Shown here in pieces: positions 10,745-20,894 of a DNA stretch of 64,000 bases. The notes beneath the pieces are model-generated. The model worked only from the letters and a program-made list of their open reading frames with translations, was not told the DNA's origin and did no database searches. A program made the position numbers and the translations under genes. The stretch's first letter is position 1, and every line of letters starts with the position of its first letter. The stretch comes from Syntrophorhabdaceae bacterium (GTDB lineage Bacteria; Desulfobacterota; Syntrophorhabdia; Syntrophorhabdales; Syntrophorhabdaceae), in the NCBI GenBank assembly GCA_963665295.1, contig OY762209.1, positions 3,200,001 through 3,264,000 on the forward strand. The letters are read 5' to 3'.

Positions 10745-11953
10745 ATGATCGGTCCCTCTGATCCCAAAAAGAGAGTTTTGATTACCACCCCTGTTCTCCA
10801 CATGGGAGGAACTGAAGCCCAGACCCTGTGTCTGGTAAAGGCTTTGGCAGGCGCGGGATATCACGTCACGATCTGCTGTTATTATGAATTTGAGAAAGAA
10901 ATGGTACGCCGATTCGAGGAGGCAGGTGCGGAGACTTTGACGCTCCGACTTCCAAGGACCTCTAATGGACTGACCGGCAAGAAGGTTTACCGGCTGGTAA
11001 AGGAATTGACTGGCGTATTTAATACCCTTTGCCCCGATATCCTGCATGTTCAATACCTTGCGCCGGGATTGCTGACCATAGTCTGCGCGAGGCTTGCGAG
11101 GATACCTCTTGTTTTCGCCACGGTTCATCAACCTGGTTCCCCGTATGGAAGGACCGAGAAGGGTCTGATAAGAGTTGCTTCCATGCTGTGCAATGCGTTC
11201 TTTTGTGTGTCCCTCTCAGTTGAGAAATCCTGGTTCGGAGACTGCCGGTTGTTCGATTCCAAATCTTTGAGACTGAAAAGAGCGCATTGCACCATTTATA
11301 ACGCTTTAGATGTCGAGACCATATCCGGCGTGGCAGGTAATGCGGATAAACAGGCCCTGCGGGGTTCGTTGGGTGTCGCGGGTAAACCGGTAATAGGATC
11401 CGTTGGGAGACTGAGGTGGGAAAAAGGGCAGGAAACCTTGATTGAGGCCATGGCAACCGTCATTGGAACTACGCCGGAAGCGGTGCTCCTCGTTATCGGT
11501 GACGGACCTGATAGGGAAATGTTGAGACGAAAGACTGAAAACCTGGGCTTGAATCGGAACATACTCTTTCTGGGACAGAAGGAGCCCGAGGAGATTTACC
11601 GGCTATACGGCATAATGGACATAGTCGTGGTGCCGTCAGTATTTGAGGGGTTTGGAATTGTAGCCGGCGAGGCCATGGCAGCGGGCCTGCCGGTAATCGC
11701 GTCTAATGTTGGGGGACTGCGTGAGGTGGTCGAGGACGGTGTAACCGGCTGCCTTATACGCCCAGGGGACCCCGGGGAATTGGCCGACGCGTTGCGCATC
11801 CTGATAGGTGACGAAAAACGCAGACTTGCCATGGGCATGGGTGGTTTTGAAAGGGTTTCCGGCCTCTTTTCAATGGATAGGTATTCTTCTCTAATGGCGA
11901 CAGCTTACCGGCATTTCTCTAATGGTTCTTCAAAGCGCGCTGGATCTCTTTGA
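10745..11953 (+). CDS. Glycosyltransferase family 4
   Basis: GGTE, VGRL..EKG, EGFGIVAGEAMAAGLPVIAS. Confidence 0.9.
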   Translation: MIGPSDPKKRVLITTPVLHMGGTEAQTLCLVKALAGAGYHVTICCYYEFEKEMVRRFEEAGAETLTLRLPRTSNGLTGKKVYRLVKELTGVFNTLCPDILHVQYLAPGLLTIVCARLARIPLVFATVHQPGSPYGRTEKGLIRVASMLCNAFFCVSLSVEKSWFGDCRLFDSKSLRLKRAHCTIYNALDVETISGVAGNADKQALRGSLGVAGKPVIGSVGRLRWEKGQETLIEAMATVIGTTPEAVLLVIGDGPDREMLRRKTENLGLNRNILFLGQKEPEEIYRLYGIMDIVVVPSVFEGFGIVAGEAMAAGLPVIASNVGGLREVVEDGVTGCLIRPGDPGELADALRILIGDEKRRLAMGMGGFERVSGLFSMDRYSSLMATAYRHFSNGSSKRAGSL

Positions 11954-12965
11954 TCAATACTTTCCGGGAGCGCCTCTGCTGTTGGATTATGCCAGGCGCG
12001 CCAGGGCAGATATGAGATCATTGGCGAGAAGCTTCCGACCCTGGGAATCGATGGAGTCGGTGCCCCCGTTCCTGCAGATAGAGGTTACAAATATATGCAA
12101 TTCGAACTGTATATTCTGTGCCTACCAGTATCAAGACAAATTTCGACAGGGGAGAGGTGTTATCACCGACGACATTTTCGAGAAAGTGCTAAGTGACTAC
12201 ATGCAAATGAAGGGCACTCACGTTGGTCTCACGCCCCTGTGTGGTGAGCCTCTGATTGATCCCGATATCATCAACCGTGCGGCCAGAATAAAACGCCTGG
12301 GACTGTGGACCGGATTCTTCACGAACGGCGTGCTGCTTAACAGGATTGACATAGAAGGCTTGCTGCTGTCCGGAATAGACGGTCTGACCATCTCAACCGG
12401 TCCTTTTGAAAGAGACATATATCAAGCTGTTTACAGAAATAGGCGATATCGTGACCTTCTGCATGGTTTGGTGAAGCTCATTAGCGCAAGAAACAGTCTG
12501 AGGAAAGATTTGGCCATCGAAATAGCCTTTCGTTCCCCCATTACCAGGAAAAAAGTATTTGCTTTGCCCGATTTCCTGAAACATGTCGATCCATTATTGA
12601 CCCCGGAAGACAGAAGGCGGATTACCGTTCATACGAGAGGATTCGACAGTTGGGGCGGACAGATAACCAATCAGCACCTCACGGGGATTATGCGGGTGGG
12701 CATACCCCCCATCGTTCGAAGAAGGCCATGTATATGGACATTCGGACTCTACGTAACATACAATGGCCAGATTCGTCTCTGTGGATGCAGATTCGCGGAA
12801 ACCGGAAGTCGCGATGGAGTGGACGAGTTATTTTTGGGTAATGTTGGGGAAACGTCACTCTTGGCCGCGTGGTCAGGACCTATGATTAAGAGTGCCCGTA
12901 GAAGATTTGTGACCGGTGACCTCCCCCGAGTATGTCGAAACTGCGTCATGTACCGAGCTTGTTGA
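11922..12965 (+). CDS. Radical SAM protein with SPASM/twitch domain
   Basis: CNSNCIFC (CxxxCxxC), GEPL, TNG; C-terminal C..GQIRLCGC..LGNV..CRNC. Confidence 0.85.
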   Translation: MVLQSALDLFDQYFPGAPLLLDYARRARADMRSLARSFRPWESMESVPPFLQIEVTNICNSNCIFCAYQYQDKFRQGRGVITDDIFEKVLSDYMQMKGTHVGLTPLCGEPLIDPDIINRAARIKRLGLWTGFFTNGVLLNRIDIEGLLLSGIDGLTISTGPFERDIYQAVYRNRRYRDLLHGLVKLISARNSLRKDLAIEIAFRSPITRKKVFALPDFLKHVDPLLTPEDRRRITVHTRGFDSWGGQITNQHLTGIMRVGIPPIVRRRPCIWTFGLYVTYNGQIRLCGCRFAETGSRDGVDELFLGNVGETSLLAAWSGPMIKSARRRFVTGDLPRVCRNCVMYRAC

Positions 12966-13076
12966 GCCGGGATGGAATGTCCGGGACCCCAACCGGTTTC
13001 ACTCCGAGTAGCCGCGGGATGCGGTCTAATGGCGCAACGGTGAAAAAAGAACGAATAGTGAACAGACGACCACCAG

Positions 13077-13928
13077 GTGATCATGTTTCCTGACTGCGTG
13101 TGCGGCAGCAAGCTGATCCGCCGCACCCGGGTGGTCCAGGGCATTGGCGGCGAATCGACCGTGCTGACTTGTGATCATTGTGGCCTGTCTCGCTGGGAGG
13201 CCCCGGATTCGTTTTGTTCGATGCGTTTGTGCGATGACTATAAACCGGGTGGCAGAAATGACTACAGTTCGGCACTGGATCAAATGGGAGACTTCAATGC
13301 CGGGGTATCCTCTCCTCATAATATGGGCCTCGTAACAAAGATTTGTCGGCTGGGCAACGGACCGACCAGGCTCCTCGACTGCGGATGCTCTCTGGGCTAC
13401 CTTTTGGGAGGAATACGGATGGAGCGGCCCGAGTGGGATTTGTGCGGGATTGAAATTAATCCTGCATATGCTTTATACGCGAGGCAACAGGGCTTTGACG
13501 TTTTTGAGGGAGCAATCGAGGAGGCGCTCCCCGGCTCGGGACTTTTCAATATGGTCGTGCTGACGGAAGTATTCGAGCATCTGTTGGACCCCTTGATGGT
13601 CCTGTCCTTGATCCGCAAAATACTCGTACCCGGAGGGTATCTGATTGCTACGGTCCCGAATCTTCATTCAGTCATGGACCTTCACGTTTTGAAGAATAGA
13701 AGTGCTTTATCGATACCGTATCAACATCTGTGGTTTTATACCAGACAGAGCCTCGCCACGCTCGTCCGGGAATGCGGTTTCACGGTCACCAGGTGCGACA
13801 CCATCTCCTTTTTTGGCGCGAGAGGCAAAGGCATCAGGAGATACATCGGAAAAGGAGTTAACCCCATTCTTGACCTTCTGAATATTGGAGGCACCATTTT
13901 TCTTGTCGCTCAAGCCGGGAAGGCCTGA
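13077..13928 (+). CDS. Class I SAM-dependent methyltransferase with N-terminal Zn-ribbon
   Basis: CVCG/CDHCG, LLDCGCSLG, VFEHL, TVPN; start uncertain (13077 or 13083). Confidence 0.8.
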   Translation: MIMFPDCVCGSKLIRRTRVVQGIGGESTVLTCDHCGLSRWEAPDSFCSMRLCDDYKPGGRNDYSSALDQMGDFNAGVSSPHNMGLVTKICRLGNGPTRLLDCGCSLGYLLGGIRMERPEWDLCGIEINPAYALYARQQGFDVFEGAIEEALPGSGLFNMVVLTEVFEHLLDPLMVLSLIRKILVPGGYLIATVPNLHSVMDLHVLKNRSALSIPYQHLWFYTRQSLATLVRECGFTVTRCDTISFFGARGKGIRRYIGKGVNPILDLLNIGGTIFLVAQAGKA

Positions 13929-13929
13929 T

Positions 13930-14946
13930 ATGTTGACAGAGCCGTCAACTCCCAAGATTTCTGTTGTCATCCCTCTATATAACAAAGAGAAAGAGATTAC
14001 GAGGGCGATCGGCTCCGTATTTGAGCAGACAATGAAGGATTTCGAGGTGATCATAATAAATGACGGGTCCACAGACCGGAGTTGCGAAATCGTTGCCTCC
14101 TATGCCGGGCAACTCGGGTGGGAGGGACGCAATAGGATAAGGATCATTGACCAGGTTAATCAAGGGGTGTCTGCGGCGAGGAACAGAGGAATTGAGGAGG
14201 GGAAATCAGATTTGATCGCTTTTCTTGATGCAGACGACGAATGGTTACCACGTTATTTGGAGACCATCTTGAGGCTGTGGGCTTCGTTTCCGGAATGCGA
14301 TGTGTTTTCAACGAACTATCTTTTTGTAGAGCCGGAGGGAAAAGGCTATGTTCCCGCGTTGCGGGGAGTCCCCGGAAAGCCCTGGGAAGGAATACTGACC
14401 AACTATTTCGCCGTGGCCGCAAAATCCGATCCACCCCTATGGTCTTCGGCTGTGTCTGTGACTAAGAAGGCCATTACATCCGTGAAAGGATTTCCCGTCG
14501 GAGTAACCTCTGGTGAAGACTTGCTCACGTGGGCCAAACTCGCGGCGAGCTATGACATCGCTTACTCGACAATCCCACTGGCCAAATTCAATATGTGCCT
14601 GGAAGTGCGCCCCAGACTACCACAGGTTCCGGATATCGTTGGCGAAGGCATGATCGATTTGTTGAAGAATGAGACCGACCGGAGCATCAGGATTCATTTG
14701 AAGGAATATGTGGCCGTATGGTACAAGATGCGGGCGAATTGTTACCTCAGGCTCGGGAAGCATAAGATGGCTTTCGTGGAGGCGTTGAAGGCCCTGCGTT
14801 ATAACCCGAAATCCTCCAGGCTGTATGCATATGTCTTTCTAGCCCTGTTCCCGTTCAACTATTCAAGATTGCTGATTGGTATCCAAAAAGGGGTCAGAGG
14901 TTTGCGAAACAATGACCGAAAGCGGACTTGCGGCGGTGCCGGTTAG
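13930..14946 (+). CDS. Glycosyltransferase family 2
   Basis: ISVVIPLYNK, NDGSTD, NQGVSAARN, FLDADD, GED. Confidence 0.9.
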   Translation: MLTEPSTPKISVVIPLYNKEKEITRAIGSVFEQTMKDFEVIIINDGSTDRSCEIVASYAGQLGWEGRNRIRIIDQVNQGVSAARNRGIEEGKSDLIAFLDADDEWLPRYLETILRLWASFPECDVFSTNYLFVEPEGKGYVPALRGVPGKPWEGILTNYFAVAAKSDPPLWSSAVSVTKKAITSVKGFPVGVTSGEDLLTWAKLAASYDIAYSTIPLAKFNMCLEVRPRLPQVPDIVGEGMIDLLKNETDRSIRIHLKEYVAVWYKMRANCYLRLGKHKMAFVEALKALRYNPKSSRLYAYVFLALFPFNYSRLLIGIQKGVRGLRNNDRKRTCGGAG

Positions 14947-15088
14947 AAAGCTTCGCACCAACGCCGCCAAAGGGCGTAGGTGCCGCCCGCTGTACCTTTT
15001 TGAAGCCTTCAGCGAAAGAACGGTTTTGGCCTTCCGGATTGACTTTGTTTGACAAATCTCACAGCGAACAACTCCAGGAAAGCAGACT

Positions 15089-16378
15089 ATGATGCATGAG
15101 CGGTTCCAATCCGGTAGAAACCTGACCCGAAGCGACAGGAAGAGAAGTCCATCTTTTCTTGTCTGGTTTGTGCTCATATCGACCGTTGCGGGATGCATTG
15201 TGGGTGGTACGCGGGTGTTGGGTTTTACCCTGGCGGGGCTTGCATGGTTCTTTCCGCTTATCTTTTCCTTCTTCATTATACTGCGCTCCTTGAAGACCGT
15301 TGCGTTTCCGTGGACTATCTGGCTTCCGTGGCTGGTTTTGCTGCTTATGTACTTAGTAGTCTCTCCATATGATAATGCATTACAGCGGACAGCCATCATG
15401 GTGAGTCCCATATTTGTGGGCATGGCCGTTTCGACCGACAACGTAAGGAACAAGATGCTGAACACATTCTTTGACCTGTCTAAGAAAGCGATCTGCATCT
15501 TCTTCCTTTTTGTATGTTTTTCGACGGGTATGATCTTTACGGGCACTTTGCCCGATATTACGGGCATGGCCGCACAAGCCATAACCGGCGCTCTGTTGGC
15601 GGCGCTCGTCGCTGCCCAAAGCGTGTGTGAGGGGCAGAAAAGGCTGATGGGCTATTGGGTGGGGTTGAGTCTTATACCGGTTGTTGCTTTGACGAGGACT
15701 GCCATTGTAGCTACTGCACTTACTCTGCCGTTGACGTTGGCCCCCCTGGCTCTCGTCAAACGGTTATTGGTTATAGGGGTTATTGGCGTCTTATGCCTGG
15801 GGATGTTTTACACGGAGAGGGTACAAAAGAAGATGTTCCACTCAGGAAAGGGAGAGATCGAGGATGTACGCATTTCGAATGACGATTTCAAGATGTCCGG
15901 CCGGAGCACGATGTGGGATGCGATGAGGATACAAATCGATAGGTCGCCATGGCTCGGATACGGGGCAAACGCTTCGGAGGCCTTCGTCACCGCACTGACC
16001 GGGGGGATTACGCATCCGCACAACGACTGGTTACGGCTCAGGTTCGACTACGGATACCTGGGTACTTTTGTATATGGCTTGTCTATGCTTGCACAGCTTT
16101 ATCATGCGTGGAGAAAGGCAAGAGATGCCCAAGGGGCGACAAGAATCCTGTTCTATGCCGGTGCATCGGCGTTTATACCGGCAGCGATGTTCATGTACAC
16201 CGATAACATCATATTGTATGCGGCTTTTTTTGGTAATCTTCAGTTCACGATTCTTGGACTGGCATACGCATCTATCCGAACGGCGCGGGCGGATGAACTA
16301 CGAGCTAAAGGCAAACGACGTGCGGAGAATACCCGCCTGAACCCGTTGGTCAATGCCGGCATCCGGTTTCCTGCTTAG
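15089..16378 (+). CDS. O-antigen ligase/polymerase family membrane protein (WaaL/Wzy_C)
   Basis: Multiple TM segments, TRTA, SGR..MW, PWLGYG, HPHNDWL. Confidence 0.8.
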   Translation: MMHERFQSGRNLTRSDRKRSPSFLVWFVLISTVAGCIVGGTRVLGFTLAGLAWFFPLIFSFFIILRSLKTVAFPWTIWLPWLVLLLMYLVVSPYDNALQRTAIMVSPIFVGMAVSTDNVRNKMLNTFFDLSKKAICIFFLFVCFSTGMIFTGTLPDITGMAAQAITGALLAALVAAQSVCEGQKRLMGYWVGLSLIPVVALTRTAIVATALTLPLTLAPLALVKRLLVIGVIGVLCLGMFYTERVQKKMFHSGKGEIEDVRISNDDFKMSGRSTMWDAMRIQIDRSPWLGYGANASEAFVTALTGGITHPHNDWLRLRFDYGYLGTFVYGLSMLAQLYHAWRKARDAQGATRILFYAGASAFIPAAMFMYTDNIILYAAFFGNLQFTILGLAYASIRTARADELRAKGKRRAENTRLNPLVNAGIRFPA

Positions 16379-16405
16379 CCGCAAATACACAAAGATTAAC
16401 AAAAT

Positions 16406-17602
16406 ATGCATATCGCCATAATCTGGCAGAGATTCCTGCCGTACCATGTAGCCCGGATCACTCATCTCTCGAAGAGGCTCCGCGCGGAGGGCCACGAGCT
16501 TACGGCAATTGAGGTTGCCTCGCAGGACCAGACGTACGGTTTTCCTGAAGATGGCGCCGTCGATGACCAGTTTGAGAAGATATGTTGCTTCCCCGGAATT
16601 TCCTATCATGAACTAAAGGCCCGCACGATTCACCGCAGGGTGTTGAATATTCTCGAGAGAACCGGACCGGACTTCGTATTCTGTCCCGCCACACCCTTCC
16701 CTGAGGGCATGGGCGCCATTTATTACGGTTCCAGAAACGACAAGAAGGTCGTGATCATGGATGATGCTTTTGAACATATGGAAAAAAGGGGACCCCTGAC
16801 GAGGATCACCAAGAGGCTCATCCATGCGGGTGTAGATGGCATGTTTATTCCTGCAGCGACTCACCTTCCCTATCACATTGCAAGCGGATTTTCCAATGAA
16901 CGTGTCGCCTTGGGCGTCTCCATAGTAGACAATGATTACTTTCACAGAAACGCAGAGAAAGCCCGACACGAGGAAGCGACCCTAAAGCATGAACTGGAAT
17001 TGCCGGAAGACTATTTTCTTTTTGTGGGCAGAATAATGCCGAGGAAAGGGTTGGATACCCTTATGGAAGCCTATGGAAGATACCTCGGCCGCATGGGAAA
17101 AGAAGCCTGGGAACTGGTGCTGGTGGGGAACGGAGAAATTGAAGGCATGATGAATTCGAAACCGAGAGGCGTTCGCTTCACGGGAGCGAAGTTCGGGGAT
17201 GACCTCTGCAAATATTACGGGCTTGCGCGAATGCTTGTTGTGCCGAGCTACTCGGACCCGTGGGCTTTGGTTGTGAACGAGGGCATGGCTTCGAACTTGC
17301 CCGTTATCGTGAGCCAGGGTTGCGGTGCATCGAGAAATCTGGTGCGTGAAGGGGAGAACGGATGGACCTTTAAACCTGGTGACGTGGACACCCTCACAAA
17401 CCTTTTACACCGGTCTACATTACTTGGCGCTGAAAAACTTGCAGAAATGGGAAGACGGTCTTCGGGGATCATGGACCGGTGGTCCCTTGATACGTTTGTT
17501 GATAGTGCTTTGAAGGCTATCAGAATCCCAAAACGAAGAGGCAGACGAATCGTCTCTTCGGCGCTCATAGGTATCTGGAAGGGCTGGGTAAGGGTCAACT
17601 GA
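16406..17602 (+). CDS. Glycosyltransferase family 4
   Basis: FLFVGR..RKG, DPWALVVNEGMASNLPVIVS. Confidence 0.88.
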   Translation: MHIAIIWQRFLPYHVARITHLSKRLRAEGHELTAIEVASQDQTYGFPEDGAVDDQFEKICCFPGISYHELKARTIHRRVLNILERTGPDFVFCPATPFPEGMGAIYYGSRNDKKVVIMDDAFEHMEKRGPLTRITKRLIHAGVDGMFIPAATHLPYHIASGFSNERVALGVSIVDNDYFHRNAEKARHEEATLKHELELPEDYFLFVGRIMPRKGLDTLMEAYGRYLGRMGKEAWELVLVGNGEIEGMMNSKPRGVRFTGAKFGDDLCKYYGLARMLVVPSYSDPWALVVNEGMASNLPVIVSQGCGASRNLVREGENGWTFKPGDVDTLTNLLHRSTLLGAEKLAEMGRRSSGIMDRWSLDTFVDSALKAIRIPKRRGRRIVSSALIGIWKGWVRVN

Positions 17603-18781
17603 GTGTTGCCGATGGAACGACAGAGGGTACTTATTGTTCAGCGAAGGATGCCGGAATACAGGACCTCGTTGTTCGAGAGACTTTCCCGGAAACTCGGCGA
17701 AAGAAGGATAGACCTTACTATCTCATACGGAAATACGGAGGCGCGCGACATCTTGAGGGGTGACGAGGGGGTTTTGACGATCGGTTCATATGTATCGGAC
17801 CACGCCCTTTCCTTCGCGGGGATAGAACTGGTTTACATGAGGATTCCATTGCGTTCGCTCAATCAGTATGACCTTGTAATCCTGCCCCACGAGAACAGGA
17901 TTCTTCTGAATTTCCAGCTTCTCTTGAGTCGGTTTCCTTTTGACAGGATAGCGTTTTTCGGTCATGGCGGTAACTTGAGGGGGGAAAGGGATAGCTGGAA
18001 GGAATCCTTGAAATCGTGGGTGGCAAAGAAGGGGGTGTGGTACTTCGGATATACCGCCCTCTCGGTCAGGGAGATGATCGCGAGGGGTTTTCCGGAGGAG
18101 CGTATTACGTGCCTCGATAACACCATCGACGTGGACGAACTGGGGAGGTGGAGGAATGACATATCTCCTGATGAAATCGCAGTCCTTAGGACTGTTTACG
18201 GCATAGAGGGGAAGAACGTGGGAGTATTCCTTGGAAGTCTCACGGGAGATAAGAGACTCGCCTTCCTGTTTGCCGCAGCGACGGAACTGAGAAAGTCAGT
18301 GGACAAGTTTGAGCTTGTAATTGTGGGAGACGGGCCCGTGGGAGACGAGGTCCTTGAATGGGGCCGCGACAAACCATGGGTGCACTGGGTGCGGGCAAAA
18401 CACGGGCGTGAGAAGGTTATTCATGCCATGCTGGGAAAGGTGATCCTGAGTCCGGGCATGGTGGGACTTAATATAGTGGACAGTTTCGGTCTCGGCATAC
18501 CAATGGTCACCACCGACTGTGGTATCCACTCGCCGGAAATCACATACCTCAAGTCGGGGATAAACGGAGTGATGACGGACGACAATCTGGGCGCCTTTAC
18601 GGCGTGTGTAAAAGGCCTTTTGGAGGATGAAGGGGCGAGGCAACGGATGGAAGAGAACTGCCTTGATATGGCGAGATACCTGACGCTCGATTCTATGGTG
18701 AACAACTTTGCAGACGGGATAATGAGCGCCCTCTCCCTTTCCGCGGAAGGTCACGGCTGCGCCTCGAGGCTTCCCGCTTGA
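17603..18781 (+). CDS. Glycosyltransferase family 4
   Basis: FLGSL..DKRL, VGDGP, PGMVGL..VDSFGLGIP; start uncertain (GTG 17603 or ATG 17612). Confidence 0.82.
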   Translation: MLPMERQRVLIVQRRMPEYRTSLFERLSRKLGERRIDLTISYGNTEARDILRGDEGVLTIGSYVSDHALSFAGIELVYMRIPLRSLNQYDLVILPHENRILLNFQLLLSRFPFDRIAFFGHGGNLRGERDSWKESLKSWVAKKGVWYFGYTALSVREMIARGFPEERITCLDNTIDVDELGRWRNDISPDEIAVLRTVYGIEGKNVGVFLGSLTGDKRLAFLFAAATELRKSVDKFELVIVGDGPVGDEVLEWGRDKPWVHWVRAKHGREKVIHAMLGKVILSPGMVGLNIVDSFGLGIPMVTTDCGIHSPEITYLKSGINGVMTDDNLGAFTACVKGLLEDEGARQRMEENCLDMARYLTLDSMVNNFADGIMSALSLSAEGHGCASRLPA

Positions 18782-18833
18782 GGCACAGGTCCCGGAAAAC
18801 CCTTGTGTTACGGCCTTCGAGTGCGCTAATCCG

Positions 18834-20099
18834 ATGAAACTGCTCCTTGTCCACAATTTCTATGGTTCCTCCGCACCGAGCGGGGAGAATAAGGTGTTTG
18901 AAACGGAACGGGAGATGCTGACGGGGCGGGGGCATGAGGTATTGGAGTATACAAGACATTCCGATGAAATACGCGGCAAAGGGCTGTTCGCCGTCATAAA
19001 AGGAGCTGTCGCCGTTCCCTGGAACCCCTTCGCGGGTAAGGCGATTGAAGGAGTGCTTCGACGTGAGAAACCCGACATTATGCATGTACATAATGTGTTC
19101 CCTCTCCTGTCTCCGTCCATATTCCATGCGGCACGGGACGGGGGGACCGCCACTGTGCTCACATTGCACAACTACAGGACGTGTTGCGCCGCGGCCATAC
19201 CGGCGCGCAACGGCAGGGCGTGTACCGAGTGTATAGACCGGCGAAGCATTGTGCCTGCGTTGAAACATGGCTGCTACAGGGAGAGCAGGCTCGCAACGAT
19301 CCCCCTCGCGGCATCGATTGCTCTCCACAGGAGGATTAAAACCTGGCGTCATTGTGTCGACGCCTTCATTTCCCTCACGGAATTCCAGAAGGAGTTGCTG
19401 GTGAGAGGAGGGCTTCCCGCGGGACACATCCATATCAAACCGCACTTTTATGATAATCCTCCGGAGGCGGTTTCCTTTGATGTACGCGAGGATACGGTGG
19501 TTTTCCTGGGAAGGATCGGCAAAGAGAAAGGTGTCCACCTCCTGCTGCAGGCGTGGCGGCGATGGGGGTCCGAAGCCCCGCGGTTGGAGATCATCGGAGA
19601 TGGGCCGGAAAGGGCGGAACTCGAACAGGCCGCCGAACGCAATGGGCTCGGGAAGAAGATCGCCTTCAGGGGCCAATTGTCCTTTGAGGAAACGCAGCGA
19701 AGGCTGGCGAAGGCAAAACTGCTTGTCCTGCCATCCCTTTGTTTTGAGGGGTTTCCCATGGTGATCAGGGAGGCTTTTGCCCTTGGCGTGCCGGTCATGG
19801 CTTCCTGCATAGGAGCGCTGCCTTACATCGTCAAAGATGGAGTGAATGGAGTGCTCTTTCAACCGGGAGACGCCGACGATTTGTTGGTCGTCGCAAAGGC
19901 TATCTGGAAGAGCGGTCCGAGGCTTGAGCAAATGGCAGTTTATGCGCGGCTGGAGTTCGAAGGGAAATACACGGCTGAAGAGAACTATAGAATATTGATG
20001 TCGATCTATGACGAGGCGATCGCTTCGAAGAGACGGAAGACCGGAAAAGCAAAAAACCAGGGCCATTCCCGGTTCCACACCACATCACTTCTCACATGA
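18834..20099 (+). CDS. Glycosyltransferase family 4
   Basis: VHNFY, HVHNVFP, LGRIGKEKG, EGFPMVIREAFALGVPV. Confidence 0.9.
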   Translation: MKLLLVHNFYGSSAPSGENKVFETEREMLTGRGHEVLEYTRHSDEIRGKGLFAVIKGAVAVPWNPFAGKAIEGVLRREKPDIMHVHNVFPLLSPSIFHAARDGGTATVLTLHNYRTCCAAAIPARNGRACTECIDRRSIVPALKHGCYRESRLATIPLAASIALHRRIKTWRHCVDAFISLTEFQKELLVRGGLPAGHIHIKPHFYDNPPEAVSFDVREDTVVFLGRIGKEKGVHLLLQAWRRWGSEAPRLEIIGDGPERAELEQAAERNGLGKKIAFRGQLSFEETQRRLAKAKLLVLPSLCFEGFPMVIREAFALGVPVMASCIGALPYIVKDGVNGVLFQPGDADDLLVVAKAIWKSGPRLEQMAVYARLEFEGKYTAEENYRILMSIYDEAIASKRRKTGKAKNQGHSRFHTTSLLT

Positions 20100-20872
20100 A
20101 CACAGAAAACATACTTGGCTATCACATCATGACTGAGACAAAGGACCGTTGCATCGGGCGGATTATGGACGGGATCTATGGCCGGGAGAAGCGCAAGGTC
20201 CTTGTGTGCGCGAACCCCCATTCCCTGGAAGTAGCGCGAAGGGACCCTTTATTTGACGAAGCCCTGAAGAGCGCGGATTTTCTGATCCCTGACGGGGTGG
20301 GGATTGTCATCGCCTCGAAAATAAACAGAGGCAGGATAAAGGACCGGATCACGGGTAGCGATGTCTTCCAGGAAGTGAGCAGCGCGTTGAACGAAAGAAG
20401 GGGCTACCGATATTTTTTCCTGGGTTCGACGGAGGATAACCTGAGGTGCATACGGGAGAAAATGAGTAACGATTTCCCTTGTATCGACGTGGCGGGAACG
20501 TACTCGCCGCCCTTCAGGGAAGACTTCGATGACAGGGAAAACGGTGAGATGGTGGCGGCCATCAATACAGTGAAGCCCCACGTTCTCTGGGTCGGCATGA
20601 CCGCGCCGAGACAGGAGAAATGGATCCACTTGAATAGGCGCAGGCTCGATGTGAGTTTTATCGCCGCAGTGGGGGCGGTGTTCGATTTTTATACGGGAAG
20701 GGTGAAGAGGTCTCATCCGGTGTTCCGGAGCATGGGTCTGGAATGGCTGCCGAGGCTGGTGAGAGACCCGGTACGGCTTTGGAGACGGAATTTTGTATCG
20801 AATCCGAAGTTCCTCATAAGGGTCACCAGAGAGGTTGTGAGAACGAACGGAGCCCGGGAGTCTGCCAGGTGA
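20096..20872 (+). CDS. WecG/TagA/CpsF family glycosyltransferase
   Basis: ANPHS, PDGVG, RITGSD, GMTAPRQEKW, VGAVFDF, GLEWLPRL. Confidence 0.92.
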   Translation: MNTENILGYHIMTETKDRCIGRIMDGIYGREKRKVLVCANPHSLEVARRDPLFDEALKSADFLIPDGVGIVIASKINRGRIKDRITGSDVFQEVSSALNERRGYRYFFLGSTEDNLRCIREKMSNDFPCIDVAGTYSPPFREDFDDRENGEMVAAINTVKPHVLWVGMTAPRQEKWIHLNRRRLDVSFIAAVGAVFDFYTGRVKRSHPVFRSMGLEWLPRLVRDPVRLWRRNFVSNPKFLIRVTREVVRTNGARESAR

Positions 20873-20894
20873 GGGCAAAAGAAAGGGGGAACCT

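Noticed and set aside
2506..12987. TGTCCGGGAC shared by two intergenic gaps (similar inverted copy near 60621)
   Set aside because: Only 10-13 bp with no shared flanks; too weak to call a REP family
18693..20078. 461-aa minus-strand ORF
   Set aside because: Antisense shadow of a clear GT4 gene with no motifs; the same applies to most other overlapping ORFs in the track
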